A DNA stretch of 64,000 nt from assembly GCA_000091205.1 (NCBI GenBank), contig AP006501.2; one strand, given 5' to 3'. Shown here piece after piece: positions 20,647 through 32,955 of the stretch (position 1 is its first letter; every line of letters starts with the position of its first letter). The notes below the pieces were generated by a model that was given only the letters and a program-made list of their open reading frames with translations, made no database searches and was not told where the DNA came from. The position numbers and the translations under genes are program-made. The DNA is from Cyanidioschyzon merolae (Eukaryota).

Positions 20647-21858
20647 TTGTTGGGAACGTTGTGCCCTTCCTGGACGGACATGAAAATGTTGTGTTTCCTA
20701 TATACAACACCGGGAGGCTTTTGCGCAAACACCGCGACTGATCTTTTCGTCTCAAACTGCACCGGACGGAGGCGTCACGCACCGCTTGCGCGTAGGTGCT
20801 GGAACGCGCATCACAGGCAGCCGCAAGCAACGCTGCTGGCGCGGCTGCGTCTTTCAGCAAATGAGGGCGACTTTCGACACGCCGACCAGGCACCGCTGGA
20901 ACAGTCTGTGACTCGCCCAGCGAGGCTGTCCAAGGCCGTTCTGGCCCTTGCGCTTGGTCTGTTCGGCGCTACACTCGGTGCGCTGAGTGCATACTCCGCG
21001 CCTAAGCGCTTGTCCATGGAGGGGTCGAACGCCGCGCTAGCCGTAAATCTTTCGTCGTTCCGGCGACGTCGTTCTGGTGTGGAAACCGTCCGGCTGGTTG
21101 CCGCGAAAAAGTCCGCCCCTGTGGAAAACCTCACACTGTACGACCCGGTCGGCGAGCAGATGGCCAGGAACCGTTTCATAGCCAGTATCGTTGTTGGGGT
21201 GACCGTCGCTGCCCTCTACCTCTACTCTACTGAACGTTGCAAAAGAGATAACGAGGAGGAAGAGAAACGCATTCGGGCTGAGGTGGCTCGTCTGGAGAAA
21301 TGGAAGTCGGAGTTCGTGGACGCACAACAAAGCAACGATGTGAATGACGAGGATCTCTTGGCCGCACTGCGTGAGCGTCTTCAGCAACAGCAGAAGGGAG
21401 GCAGCACCGATATTGCAGATCCTGATCAGCAGAAGCAAAATACGTCCGAGTCCGACGCTGACAACGACGACGACAACGACATCAAACTACGAAGAGGTGA
21501 CGATTCCCCCAGCGAGCATCCTGATTCCGACAAGCGCGGCGGGAAGCATGGACCATCCATGCCGCCTTCGACCGAGCAACCACGTGCTGGCTCCGGCGGA
21601 GCCGCAACACTCGATCGACCTGGAGCTGATCGGGGAAGACGGTCCAGTCGCGGACGCTCCATGGACAGTCGCAGTGGACGGCACAGCTCGAGCGACGATA
21701 AGAACCCCAACGCCAATGACGGTCGTGCGGGTAACGACTCCCAGCGGGACAGCACTGCGAATTGGGACCTCGAACGCGAGCGCCTTCGCAAACTCTTTAA
21801 CCTTGATAGTGGCAGTAGCGGCACCGGAAGCGACGATACTCGCAAAGGCGATCGCTAA
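20647..21858 (+). CDS. Hypothetical low-complexity (Asp/Ser/Arg-rich) protein with one predicted TM helix
   Basis: 403-aa ORF; IASIVVGVTVAALYLYS hydrophobic segment; no recognisable domain. Confidence 0.4.
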   Translation: MLGTLCPSWTDMKMLCFLYTTPGGFCANTATDLFVSNCTGRRRHAPLARRCWNAHHRQPQATLLARLRLSANEGDFRHADQAPLEQSVTRPARLSKAVLALALGLFGATLGALSAYSAPKRLSMEGSNAALAVNLSSFRRRRSGVETVRLVAAKKSAPVENLTLYDPVGEQMARNRFIASIVVGVTVAALYLYSTERCKRDNEEEEKRIRAEVARLEKWKSEFVDAQQSNDVNDEDLLAALRERLQQQQKGGSTDIADPDQQKQNTSESDADNDDDNDIKLRRGDDSPSEHPDSDKRGGKHGPSMPPSTEQPRAGSGGAATLDRPGADRGRRSSRGRSMDSRSGRHSSSDDKNPNANDGRAGNDSQRDSTANWDLERERLRKLFNLDSGSSGTGSDDTRKGDR

Positions 21859-22002
21859 ACAACAGCATTTGGGACGAATTCGCGCTGCTGATCTGGACCG
21901 TTCCTGGGAAGCATACCATGCTCTGGACACGTTCGTGTCTAACACGGCATGAGCGCCTATGAGGCAGCGCATCGGTGTCCGCAGGAGACGTTGCACACAG
22001 TC

Positions 22003-22022
22003 TGTGTGTGTGTGTGTGTGTG
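22003..22022. repeat. (TG)10 microsatellite
   Basis: tgtgtgtgtgtgtgtgtgtg. Confidence 0.9.
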
Positions 22023-22814
22023 CTTGCATATATTCGCCGGGTACCCGTTGACCAGTGCTCCGTTGGCTGCTTCGCTGGCGGGTCACGAAAGCGGGACAAG
22101 TGCTTGCTGCACGGATGCAGCGCCTGATCACCTCAAGAGTTTGACAAGAGATTCGTCGTAAATGTTGCTGCCACTGTATGGAAACAGACAGAGAGAGAGT
22201 TTACCCGCGTGTGCGAACGCGCCTCACGAATTCATGACGCATGATATCCGCTGGATTTTGTCTGGGGCCACAGCCCGTGCATCCTAAACAGGCTCTGATC
22301 GCAAGTGCACCGCAATACCGATTCCGCCAGTGAAACCGAAATGTCTTTTTGCTGGAAGCGGGCCAACGTATCAGCAATAGCAACAGCAGTACCAGTATGA
22401 GCTATTCCTTGACACATTTGACCCGCATGCCCGCGTTATAACAGGTAGCGAACACGGTAGTAAATGCTGCAGCGAGACGCAACTGGTGAACCGTCAGCGG
22501 GTATTGTCTTTCCATCACGGCTGACGAGCTTCCAGTGTCTCGCAATGAAAGCGGTGGTCGGACGCGACCGCGCGGCATCCGCATCGAAGCCTTTGTGGAG
22601 GGCGGCATGTCCGCCGTCACCGATAACCAGAATGATGCATCTACTGCGCCATTTATCGTTCATGTTTTGGAGACGGCAAACCGCCGATCCGCTCATTGGG
22701 TAAATGGACAGAGGAACGTTTTTCAGGGCGCTCGAATCTGCTCGGTCCGAGGCGTTGCTCGTGTAATGTCTCGTACGGCTCTGCGGGCATGTGAAGCGTC
22801 ACCCTGCGCATCCT

Positions 22815-23879
22815 TCAAGAGCGCTTAGAATGCGCATTCGTTACGACTTGAGCCGCCTCCGTAAAACCCTCTTGCGCCAACATGTCGAAGAGTTTGCGCA
22901 TACGGGCGCGGTTCGTGCCCATGTCAGACCGCCCAATGCGCGATGCACTACGAAAGTGGATCACGTGTGTTGCGTCATCCACGAGACATTCCACATCATC
23001 AACGAATCCCCAAAAACGAGTCTGAAACTCGGCATACAGATATTTGCCCGGTTTGTATGTTATGATCTTGCTGGTTTCCGGTCCAGGATATCGTTGAACC
23101 GCTTCGTACACCCGCTGCAGCGCCTGCAAGGCACCCATCGTCGATGGATAGCGCCACGGAGGCTCAAAACAACTCGTGTTCGGCATATCGCGACTAGAGA
23201 CGCAGTTCTGAGCGTTCGGCCGACAACGACTTACCGTGCCATGGCCAACCGTGGACGGGCGTGGCGCTCGCACAGCGAGTCCGTAACGCCGCGGTCCCCA
23301 TGAGTTTTCGCTTTGCTCGGCACCCCGGCTCTCAGGCGGCCAGAAAAGCAGGCCCAAAAGTGTCACGGCGCTAAGGCCAAGAATGTAGAGAAGGAACCGT
23401 CGCTCGCGCGACTTTCGTTGTACACTTCGTAGAACACGGTCTGAGGTGCGCGGCAGCGAGTCCACGCCCGGATGAGGCGCCATGAGCGGCTGGTTCTTGC
23501 TATTGGCGCTCGCCGAGAGCTCGGAGACAGCGTTTACCTTCGATTTTAGCGGCCGTACGTGCAACCGCCTTCCATGCTCCCCTGTACGAAAGCGCTGCCT
23601 CCGTAAACGCACACCGCTGCAACGTCTGCGCAGCGTTTGGCGCGAGCCGCTAGGCGAACCGTGCCGGCCCTTCCAGAAAAAACGTCCCGGAATCCCAAAG
23701 AGTATACCAGTCGTTCCAATGACGCTATTTAGAATTCGCTGAGTTGAAACGTTACCCGTGGACACGTCCAGTGTCTCCGTTCCGGAGCGAGTGATAGAAG
23801 CGCGCTTCGAGCAACGCAGTCGCCAGCGGAGGCACTGCATACAAAAGCTGCAATACAAAGGATTGTCTGCGATGCGCAA
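22815..23879 (-). CDS. DUF1499-domain protein
   Basis: C-terminal YKPGKYLYAEFQTRFWGFVDDVECLVDD...HFRSASRIGRSDMGTNRARMRKL is the DUF1499 signature. Confidence 0.6.
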   Translation of the reverse strand: MRIADNPLYCSFCMQCLRWRLRCSKRASITRSGTETLDVSTGNVSTQRILNSVIGTTGILFGIPGRFFWKGRHGSPSGSRQTLRRRCSGVRLRRQRFRTGEHGRRLHVRPLKSKVNAVSELSASANSKNQPLMAPHPGVDSLPRTSDRVLRSVQRKSRERRFLLYILGLSAVTLLGLLFWPPESRGAEQSENSWGPRRYGLAVRAPRPSTVGHGTVSRCRPNAQNCVSSRDMPNTSCFEPPWRYPSTMGALQALQRVYEAVQRYPGPETSKIITYKPGKYLYAEFQTRFWGFVDDVECLVDDATHVIHFRSASRIGRSDMGTNRARMRKLFDMLAQEGFTEAAQVVTNAHSKRS

Positions 23880-24332
23880 TCGCCATGCGCTGTGGAGTCG
23901 TCACAGAGAAGGACAGGCACTGCCCATTTACTAATTGCGACTGTTCCAAATGAAGACAAGTCGCCAGGAACTAGCAACTAGATAACATTTCGTTCCACCT
24001 TCATGGTAAGCGTTGCAAAAGGGGAACTTTTTCCGTATTTTCGAAAGATTACCTTCGAGGCGGAAAGTCCCTCGCGCCAGACGAGTCTGCAGGGTTGGTG
24101 CTTGAAGCTATTCCCAGCGGCGGGTACAGTGCCGAGACCTCATTAGCTCGTCCACAACGCAGTTATTTTGGGACTTGGGGCGCCAAGGCTGCATCCAGGT
24201 ATTGGCTTGGTCGCAGTGGTCCCCTAACATATCGGTCCGTGCTGTCGCAAGCAGTATTTCTGGCTGCGCAGCTTGCAGGCTCCCAAATTGATGTTGAGTC
24301 CTGATTCTGTGACTTGTGAACCATGACGCGAG

Positions 24333-24578
24333 TCGAAGCCCTCTGCGATACAGCAAAACTGTTCTGTCTCCATGTTGCATCCACACCAGCGGTATAGGCG
24401 GTATAGCGGCTGCAGCAAGGCAGGTACTCGGCGCATGATACAACATTCAAATCGACCAGTACACCCCCGAGAAAAAGTATGCATCATGGAACTTGAAAGT
24501 AGGTTGCATCATGATGGGCACACTCCCGAATGCCAATATCCATCCCGCAATCTGGTATCCCTACTCCATGGAAACATT
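24333..24578. repeat. Inverted repeat, right arm (partner 19558-19813)
   Basis: Reverse complement of 19558-19813. Confidence 0.85.
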
Positions 24579-25258
24579 CTGTCAACCAAAAGAATCGTCG
24601 TGCGGTCGATTGGCGCGCTGGGGCGCTACGAAGCACGCATCGCATGTCTTGCGGGATCGAAGCGTCCAGCCAGGAATCCCCTCAGTGCGCACTTGACATC
24701 GGCAGCGGAGGCAAAAACCACCGCTCCATTCAAATCCAAAGCTCCCTGGTTCCATCACTCACCACCAAATAACCCGCCATGAAGCATCCCGATACCTATT
24801 GCGTGCCTCGTGGTCCCGTTGCATCGTTTGCAGATGCAGGATCGAGACATCGACCGAGATTCCCCGGCGGATGCGCGATTGCTCTCAGAAACCACATGAT
24901 AGAGCACCGCTCCATCCGAAACACCTCAAGTTCCGCAAACCCTGGGCCAGTACGCAACAACGGACACTGGGATTCGTTCCGTTCAACAACATGGGTCCTT
25001 CCAGGTATCGCGCACGCCTCAGGCGCTCGCTGTGACACAGTGCATGGGCCTGCACCACGCGGTTGCGCGGCGGTTGCACGCGCACCGAGGCGCCCCGACG
25101 AGCGCCGACTCGGCGATTCTGGATGCGTGCGCTGGTGTCGCATTCTGCAGCGATGCATCCGTGCCCTGGGCCTCGAGACACGTGTCCGGCATACAACATG
25201 CATGCACGCATGCATGTTGCACAGCGCCAAGTTTGGCATAGCGCGGGAGCTGCTCTGA

Positions 25259-26599
25259 ATGGACAGGCACTCGACAACACAACTGCCATACCTCTGCAAC
25301 TGGTGCTTGGGCCAGGTCTCTAATCAGGACCAAGCGGTATTTACTGACTGCGCATGCTTGTTTTGCTCTGGAACGTGTGCTTCCCAGTTGCGTCGGGGTC
25401 CGCTGTGTAGCGTCTGTGCGCAACCCGGTTGCCGCCTCTATCGCGTTGGAAAAGATGGGAGCGGCCTGCCGCTAACCCACCGACGGTGTCTATTCGCCAG
25501 CGCTGCGAGCCTTATCGATGAGATGCAGCGTGCACTCGCTTTTCGTGAAGCACAGCTCCAACGATTGCGGGAGCGCATCCTGGATCGAGGCGTCACCGAA
25601 GGGATGCGCTCGACAGCGCAAGCAGAGAAGCGTGCGCAGCGCTCGAGTCGTGCTCCAGAGGCCAGTGTATTTGCACTGGGGATGCCCGGGCATATCCATC
25701 AAATCCACGCTGCCGTGTCGCAAAACGGATCGAAAGACATCGCCCACTGGGAAGCGCAAGCCTCTACTGCCACGCCTATTTCCAGAGCGCAGCAGCAGCA
25801 GCAGCAGCAGCAGCGTGCAGCCCTGTCATGTGTGAGACGTAATGCAGCTGCGGAAAAAGCGGAAACGCTGCGTTCTGCGGATGTACGTTCCGCCGTGGCA
25901 GCACTCGAGCGAAGCACACAAGCATCCGGCGTATCGTCGTCGGTGCGGACGGTACGTTCGCAGCAAACGGTCCGCTCGTATGGCGACCGTTTGGAGCGTA
26001 TTCGAGAACAGATGCTGTATGGACCCTATCGGCGGCAGCTTCAGTCAGAAAGAACACCTCTGGTGCCGCCCGTGCCTCGTTCAGGAATTTCGTACATCGG
26101 CCGTGCGCGCCTTGGCCTGCCACCGGCTGGCGATCGACGCCAATCCGCTCTTCATCGAGCAAATATCCCTGGACTGGCCACCAAGCGCATATGGAAACAA
26201 CGTTCGGCTTCGGCTTCGAACTGGATGCATGCTCCCGGTTCGGCTGCTGTCCAAGCGTCTTCGTCAGGCGCGGGTTCTATTGTGTCAACGCACTGTCAGG
26301 GGTCCAGAGTTGTATCCTCCGAGGTACAGCGTGTACCGTCGGAGATCTCGACGATTCGCCCGACCGCATTGTCCATGAATCCATTGCACTGGTTGAACTG
26401 GAAGAGCGCTGATCGTCGACCGGCGAATGTGCAGCATCAGGCATACGAAGAAGAACAGCAACAGCAATCGCAACAGCAGGATGCATGTGCACAGTCCGTG
26501 CAGACCCCACGATCCGCCTCGAGCACAATTCGTAGCACCAAGCCATCACCGACATGCGAGCACCCATCTGCAGCGTATACCGCTCATCGTAGTCCGTAA
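25259..26599 (+). CDS. Hypothetical Cys-rich / Gln-rich (coiled-coil) protein
   Basis: 446-aa ORF; N-terminal CNWC...CACLFCSGTC...CSVC cluster (zinc-finger-like); (CAG)n run at 25789-25814. Confidence 0.4.
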   Translation: MDRHSTTQLPYLCNWCLGQVSNQDQAVFTDCACLFCSGTCASQLRRGPLCSVCAQPGCRLYRVGKDGSGLPLTHRRCLFASAASLIDEMQRALAFREAQLQRLRERILDRGVTEGMRSTAQAEKRAQRSSRAPEASVFALGMPGHIHQIHAAVSQNGSKDIAHWEAQASTATPISRAQQQQQQQQRAALSCVRRNAAAEKAETLRSADVRSAVAALERSTQASGVSSSVRTVRSQQTVRSYGDRLERIREQMLYGPYRRQLQSERTPLVPPVPRSGISYIGRARLGLPPAGDRRQSALHRANIPGLATKRIWKQRSASASNWMHAPGSAAVQASSSGAGSIVSTHCQGSRVVSSEVQRVPSEISTIRPTALSMNPLHWLNWKSADRRPANVQHQAYEEEQQQQSQQQDACAQSVQTPRSASSTIRSTKPSPTCEHPSAAYTAHRSP

Positions 26600-27183
26600 A
26601 CTGTAAACCAAAATCGCGCATTACTCGCAAGGAAACAGTAGCGCTGAAAGAGAAACGTTTCAAGGGCCTGCCGCACATCATGACTGCGGTTTGCATCCAG
26701 CCAGATGCAGGAGCCGGCAATAGCCACAGGAATTGTGCGCGTGACGCCTACATCCCGGGTCTCGCGACATCGACTTGTTCATAAAATGAACGAGTTCGCC
26801 AGCTAACCAACCAGCCAGCCAGCCAGCCAGGTTATTGTACCAGGCTTAAGTGCTCTATAGGATCCCGCATTTCTCAGCATGACGATTGTTGGGTGTGGTA
26901 CCAGTCTAGTCACGGTAACAATTCGACCGGAAACAAACAGACACGGAAACCCAAGAACCCAGCATGCTAGCAGCAAGTTGCGTTTCCGGTGCGGACGACA
27001 AACGAAAAGCCCAAGCACACCCATGCATGCCCGTACAGGAACGTTGTGCAAGTGCGATTCGTGTCTGCACGCGTTGCATTGCCACCAGGAATTCCAGCTC
27101 TCACAAGAAACACGATGGCCAATCGAACGTTCTTTCTCAGCGAACCGCGTACATGCCAATACCGCCGATGCCTCTGATTAGCA

Positions 27184-29409
27184 TCAGTCGTCACGGTACC
27201 GCAGCGAGGCGATGCCGAAGGAGCGGTTTGAATCATCAGGTTGCTCTTCTGACAAGCGTGGCGGTACCAGACCACTGCCCAGGGCAGTCTCTCTGATCGT
27301 CACCGCTCGCGTTAAGAGCTTCTCCGGGTCCAAATTATCCGGTAGCTTGCCGAGGTAGGTAACGACCTCGGGCCCGTCCAATTCCGTTATTTCTTCCTGC
27401 AGCAGGTCGAGTACCGCCAGGCAGACATATGGATGCATTTCAAGACCCGATGATAAATAGAAATCCCATATGCGGAGCGTACTCTCTACCGGCATCTCCC
27501 CGCGTGAAAACAGACCTTGCAGCCAGCCGTGTAGCCATCGCTGGTGCTCGATCTCCTCAGACTCAAAAAAGTCCGCCAAGTCCGGCAGCAAGGTCCGAAA
27601 CAGCATCAAGAAATGCGCCGTAGCTCGAGTCAGACCATCACCATGTGTAGTGAACAGCAGCACATGTCCGAATCGATGCATCAATGCGCAAAACCCATAA
27701 TACACATCCATTTCTCGAGCAGATGTGAATACCTGCACGAATACATGCACCAGGGATACCATGGTGGGTGCGTACTCCACCGGCGTGCCGAGGCTCATCA
27801 GCACATCATTCACTTTTTCCAGTTCCGTAGTTGAGCCGTGTTTCGTATCAAGCGGCATGATTAGCGGCAGGGCCACCATATGTCGCACGCTGAGCTCCAC
27901 GACATAGAGATAGGTACAGAGCACGCTAACGTAACATCGAACAAGTGCAGCATGCGGTGTGCGCATGGCGGACGCCAGCCCTCTAGTCGTGCTGATTCCG
28001 GTTGTGATGCTATCACCGCTGGCGCGTTCCAAGCGACTTCCCGAACAAGTTACATCATTCTCAACAAGTACCTCGGTGCCAGCAGGTACCTCCATTCCGT
28101 CCCTCGCTTCCAGAACACTGCCCTCGCCGATCGTTTGGAGTGTTGCAGCTTCAGCAGATCGCATGGAATTGGTGGCAGATGAGGTCGACTCTGGACTGGA
28201 GCATAGGACCGCCTCATCATGATCCAGCTGTTGCGGTAGCGTGTACTCCATAACGCCACTCTGCGTCGGAGCGGAGGGCGGGCGCGAAGGTGCTTTCACT
28301 GATTCGTCACCGTCCGATAGGCCGTGATACGGCCCAGCCGCTCGCACCAGTCGCGGATTCACCAGGTTGGTCTCGCTACCCACATTTCGCAACGAGCGAT
28401 CTTGTTGCTCTCTGGGCTTGTCCACAACCTGCACATCTGGAGCTCGTTTCTGACTCGGAAACATGCGACCGTGTTGGGAGCTCATGGTTAGCCGGCTTCG
28501 ACGCCACCGACTGTGTTCGATTCGAAGGCGCTCTCGTTCGATACGTCGTTTCGCGTCGTTTCGGATTCGACGGGCGAGGCTTCCGTCCCAGTTGGTACTC
28601 TGCTCCAGTGTCAGGGCAACATGCATCTCGCCTGCGTCATTGAGGAGCGCGGGCTCCGGTCCTTGCATTCCCGTATATTCGAGGCTGCCTCTTCCAAATG
28701 CATTGCAATCAGTCTCCAGATCGGAGTGACCAACCGCCCGTCCCGCTCGTGGGGACGAAGCCTGAACACTCAGGTAGTCACGACCTGTATCCTCGGATAC
28801 AGTCTGGGAGCGTGGCAGAGCCGGCAGCGGTGCGCTGGCGGCAGCTCCACCGGCCGAGAGGAACCCGCCTCTTTCCGAGACCTCAGCGCCGTGCAACGTC
28901 TCCGTCAAACCTTGACCGATCTGCCCGAGCGCTGCGAGCGCCGAACGCCGTAACCGCTGGTATGCTGCTGCGAGCTCCTTTTCGTGGGTGAGCTCCTCGG
29001 ACTTGTCCGCCTTGGCGACTCCGAGGAGGTAACGCCAGACATCGCCGCGAAGCGCGGCAGGTAAGCCTCCGCGAGCGATTTCTGCCAACTTAACCAAGTC
29101 TACGTGCGACTCATCCTCTATAAGTTCTCTTATTTCAGAGATCACACTGTCCGCCAGAGGTAGAGGTCGCTCGTCGGGCGCCCTGCCGTAGGCGACTGGC
29201 TCAGGCGAAATCGTAACGTGAACGTCGTTCCGTTCTACTCGAAATCGTTCTTGTTTGCCGTGTTCCGGGAAGTTGTCTCTGGTTTTAAGTCCCCTGTCGA
29301 CATCGCTCTCGGTGAACATGGAAGACGGCGACGTCGTGACGTCCGCTCGCAAGACCCCGCAGGACGGCTTCCGCAGGTGAGCGTCTGCAAGACTGCGCGT
29401 TTGTACCAT
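27184..29409 (-). CDS. TBC-domain Rab GTPase-activating protein
   Basis: RGGLPAALRGDVWRYLLGV (Arg finger) ... YYGFCALMHRF ... LRIWDFYLSSG (TBC domain). Confidence 0.8.
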   Translation of the reverse strand: MVQTRSLADAHLRKPSCGVLRADVTTSPSSMFTESDVDRGLKTRDNFPEHGKQERFRVERNDVHVTISPEPVAYGRAPDERPLPLADSVISEIRELIEDESHVDLVKLAEIARGGLPAALRGDVWRYLLGVAKADKSEELTHEKELAAAYQRLRRSALAALGQIGQGLTETLHGAEVSERGGFLSAGGAAASAPLPALPRSQTVSEDTGRDYLSVQASSPRAGRAVGHSDLETDCNAFGRGSLEYTGMQGPEPALLNDAGEMHVALTLEQSTNWDGSLARRIRNDAKRRIERERLRIEHSRWRRSRLTMSSQHGRMFPSQKRAPDVQVVDKPREQQDRSLRNVGSETNLVNPRLVRAAGPYHGLSDGDESVKAPSRPPSAPTQSGVMEYTLPQQLDHDEAVLCSSPESTSSATNSMRSAEAATLQTIGEGSVLEARDGMEVPAGTEVLVENDVTCSGSRLERASGDSITTGISTTRGLASAMRTPHAALVRCYVSVLCTYLYVVELSVRHMVALPLIMPLDTKHGSTTELEKVNDVLMSLGTPVEYAPTMVSLVHVFVQVFTSAREMDVYYGFCALMHRFGHVLLFTTHGDGLTRATAHFLMLFRTLLPDLADFFESEEIEHQRWLHGWLQGLFSRGEMPVESTLRIWDFYLSSGLEMHPYVCLAVLDLLQEEITELDGPEVVTYLGKLPDNLDPEKLLTRAVTIRETALGSGLVPPRLSEEQPDDSNRSFGIASLRYRDD

Positions 29410-31149
29410 TCAGATAAAATGTCTATTTTGTCCAGAGAACGCAGTGAATGCCGGAACATCTGAACATGCACACCCTTTTTGATCGTATTTGCTGTTCTCG
29501 TAGGTATTCAACAGAAGGAATCTATTCTGTGAATTGGAGAAAAGTTGCGAATAGAGTTTATGCAACCGTCGCCAGCCGGCGTGAAAGAAGACTTTTCGAG
29601 TCAGTCATTCGACGGTTAGAAGCTGGTTAGGGCACGATCCTCATCGACCTTTTCCTAAGCGTCATGCACCCTGGGCAGAAGTTATCAAAGTATACGCATA
29701 GAAAAGAATCCTCTTGAATCCGCACGCTCTCTATGAAAAATCAGTAAAGATGCCAGAGGATGTAGAGCTTCTCTGGCTTTCATACAAACCGGAATAGATA
29801 CGGATAGCCGTTGAAAAATGCACGTTTCTGTGGAAGAACGTCGTGCGATATACCACACGCGATCGACGTGGCATCGACACGCGAACGCTTCGTATACCAA
29901 GGACAGGTGTTCGTTTCCATCGATGATATATTGTGTATTATAATTGGTAGATCCGTATATACGTACTCCAAGATAGGCAAGCGATCGTCCGTAAACAAAT
30001 GATCAGCGAGCATTCCAGCAACTTCTGCACCAGCGGCGATCCAGCGGGTACTCGCCTGGAAATCGCAAAAAGGGCAGGGTCGTTCCACACCTCATTCCTC
30101 GTAGAGGCACCCTGCGAGGTTTCTCTTTGTTGCATTCCTCCGTCCTGCTGTTGGACAACAAAGATTTCCACCACTCGTCAGCAGTCAAAGAGTACGCACC
30201 TGGCATTGTAGCTGAGCTGCACTTTATGCAAGCCTATTCTCCATAGTTCTTACCAGTTGAAGGCATCTTCTGTGGTTTCAAACGTCCTTTGTATGTTCAC
30301 AGATCAATAGACGAGCGTTTCGTATCCGCGGCACTGAAGCTCTCCAGTAAGCTAGTATCTGCATTTTGCAGCCCTGAACTTCTGTGTGGCTTGATCGCTC
30401 GTGCGCGCGACGGTACGGAAGCACCATCTCGATACCCTCCTCCGTTTCTGCGCTCAGTGTCGTACCCGACGATCAAGGGCGTTTTCCGGGCGATGACCCT
30501 GGCAAGCGCTCAGTCCAATATAGGTGCAAGCGTACGCTATTTCATTCGATAGAGGATTTGGGGAACGTGATGTTTTCCATGATGAGACAGGCGCCGAAAA
30601 CAAATTCCAGGCTAGAGATCAAGTCAAAAAGCTCGATCCCTCTACGCTTCCTCTACTGGGCGCAACCGCTGCGGTCACTAATGTCCGCGTCCCAGGCTCT
30701 TGTCCATGCAATCCGAAGAGATGAGAGCCCGTCACGGCCTATACTGTGCGAGGTACAATGGTGCTGTCGAAAGCCATGTGTCCTATGCCCCAAAATTAAG
30801 AAGGATTGGTCTATCGAACATAGGGACTAAGTTGACAAGAAAAATTCAGCAATCTTTTGGCATGAGCTTGTGAACCAGCTTTCAAAAGTCCGTATCGCGT
30901 TTTTCGTTCCTTCGTCACTCCAGTGGCAAGAATCGCTGCGCTCACGAGTTGCCTAGAAACAGCAAGATTGGAAACGTGAAGCATGCATCAATTGAGCACA
31001 CCATATGTATGGAATGGGCAAGCATAGAGGCTCTTACATGAGCGTTGGATCATGATATCGGTCATGTTCTGATCCTCTCTTGAGGGCGTCGGGAATCATC
31101 CTGATGCCGCTGACCTACGTCTTCGTGAAACGAGAACGGTTTCACGACC

Positions 31150-31680
31150 GTGGAGAGCAAATTCGGACTGAATCGTAGGGATGCCTCCCAGCCGTTTTTG
31201 ACCGGCTGCCATATTCTCGATCCAGTTTTTGTCCAGGTAAACTTCGAGCCAGGCAGACTGCCCCACAAAGTTACATCGCGTCAGCTACGCGGGTTTCGTC
31301 ATTAGTACCATAAATCGTCTCATGTGGATGATGTTCTTCAAGTCTAGGATCACAAACTCCATGCGTTCGTTGCATCTAGTTGAACTCACTAGTCCAAAGA
31401 TTCCTCGAACTCGAGCGCGCAGTGCCATTTGGTGCTCTGTCAGCTCTGCGCGCTTTTCTGTCGCAGAATCGCTCCGCCGGCTCTTCTCCATTTCGTTCCT
31501 CTGAAGTATACGCCCCAGTTCATCCATTAGATTTTCTCTTTCGTCAAGCGAACATACTTCCTCACGCTCTTAGGTCAGGAGTTTCCCAGAGGATCGAAAG
31601 TCTTGCAAAAGAAAGACGAAATGTGCCCTGGTGTGTCACCGTGTGCTGAAAGCTTCAGCGATTCGCCCAGTGTAGCGATC
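31150..31680 (-). mobile_element. Copy E: Fanzor-like 3'-region fragment fused to an unrelated ~130-bp segment that is also found in copy G
   Basis: DELG..MEK..ELTEHQMALRARVRG..NERMEFVILDL..RRFMVL..LTRCNFVGQ. Upstream block gtcaccgtgtgctgaa.g.ttcagcgattcgccc (31633-31672) recurs at 47159-47197. Confidence 0.6.
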
Positions 31681-32955
31681 ATTACGTTTTATGAGAGAAA
31701 ACACTCTTTCGATGGGCTTGAACCACGGGGCGCACGAAAGAATATGAAAAGCAGCTCTATTCCGATAGAATCGGCAAAAACTCGAACGCATGTTTAATGG
31801 CGAAATGCCACGTCGTCCAATAGACGGACGTCGGCAGACATCAGGGGAAAAGTCTTCAATGATCCAATAAAGTGGGTGCTGTTGTGTGAGCTTTCTCTGA
31901 GAGCGAAACTGAGGCCGCGAAATGAATCCCCTGCAGCAAAAAGAGATGATATCCTGGTTGTCTTCGGGTTCCATGGGAGATACAACAGGTACCCTGCTCC
32001 GCGAATACCCATACGCGTTCCCGCGTTTCGTCCAAAGCAAGCCCCATCGACTGAAAAAATAAATCGACGTTCATCTGCTTCATACCGAACGCGATATTCT
32101 ATGAACGCTGTCGTTGCGAATTCCGTGGAATACGGCCGTCCGTGAACCACGACTTGTTTGCGACTGCATCCTAGTGTTTCCAGGGCCACACGAACAAGCT
32201 GTTGAGAAGCAGAGACGTCCATGGCGGCTACCATCGTCACTTCTGCTTTCCGTAAAAGGTAAGCAACGGGCCATTTTCTACCATTGACCGCAAGCAGTGT
32301 TTCAGATTGTCGTTTTTCGACGCTGAGCGCATTTCCTTGTTTCTTTCATTCATCTGATATCTGCGATATGACTGACCTGAGAACGCAACGCAGTCCTTCT
32401 TGCACTGGTCAGTAAACAGTCTATCATACAGACAATTTGTCAACGATCTATTCGATACAATGCATCGTGATTTCGATCCCCTGCTCTACAATGCACCGGG
32501 TTTGAAACAAAACCGAGCTGAATGACTTGAGCGATTCATATCGGCAAGCGATCCACGTCGTGCGTCTGCGATCAACTCTAGCGCCTACTCGCTTTAGCGC
32601 AAGGCTCGGTGTCGAGAGGCTTTAGTCGCGTACCTAAAGCGTCCGTGGATCGGACTCCTGTGAGAGGTTTTCTTGGACAAACAGTTCACTTGCAGCAGAG
32701 CGTCGACGCTCTAGACGTTGTGGCTAGCGGAGCTAGGAGCGCTCGAGCGGGCCGTGATCGCTGCTCTGGCTAGCAGTAACTGTGACGCACTCGGCAGAGC
32801 CCTGGGCAAACTCTTCGATCTCATACCATAGAGGAACTAGGGATTCAGAGGGCTCGCAAGAAACACTGAATACCAGCGATCTTTCAACAAGCGCCGATTG
32901 GTGGCGGCTTGCGTACACACGCATAACCGAGCGCATAGCTTCCACAGCTTAACCC

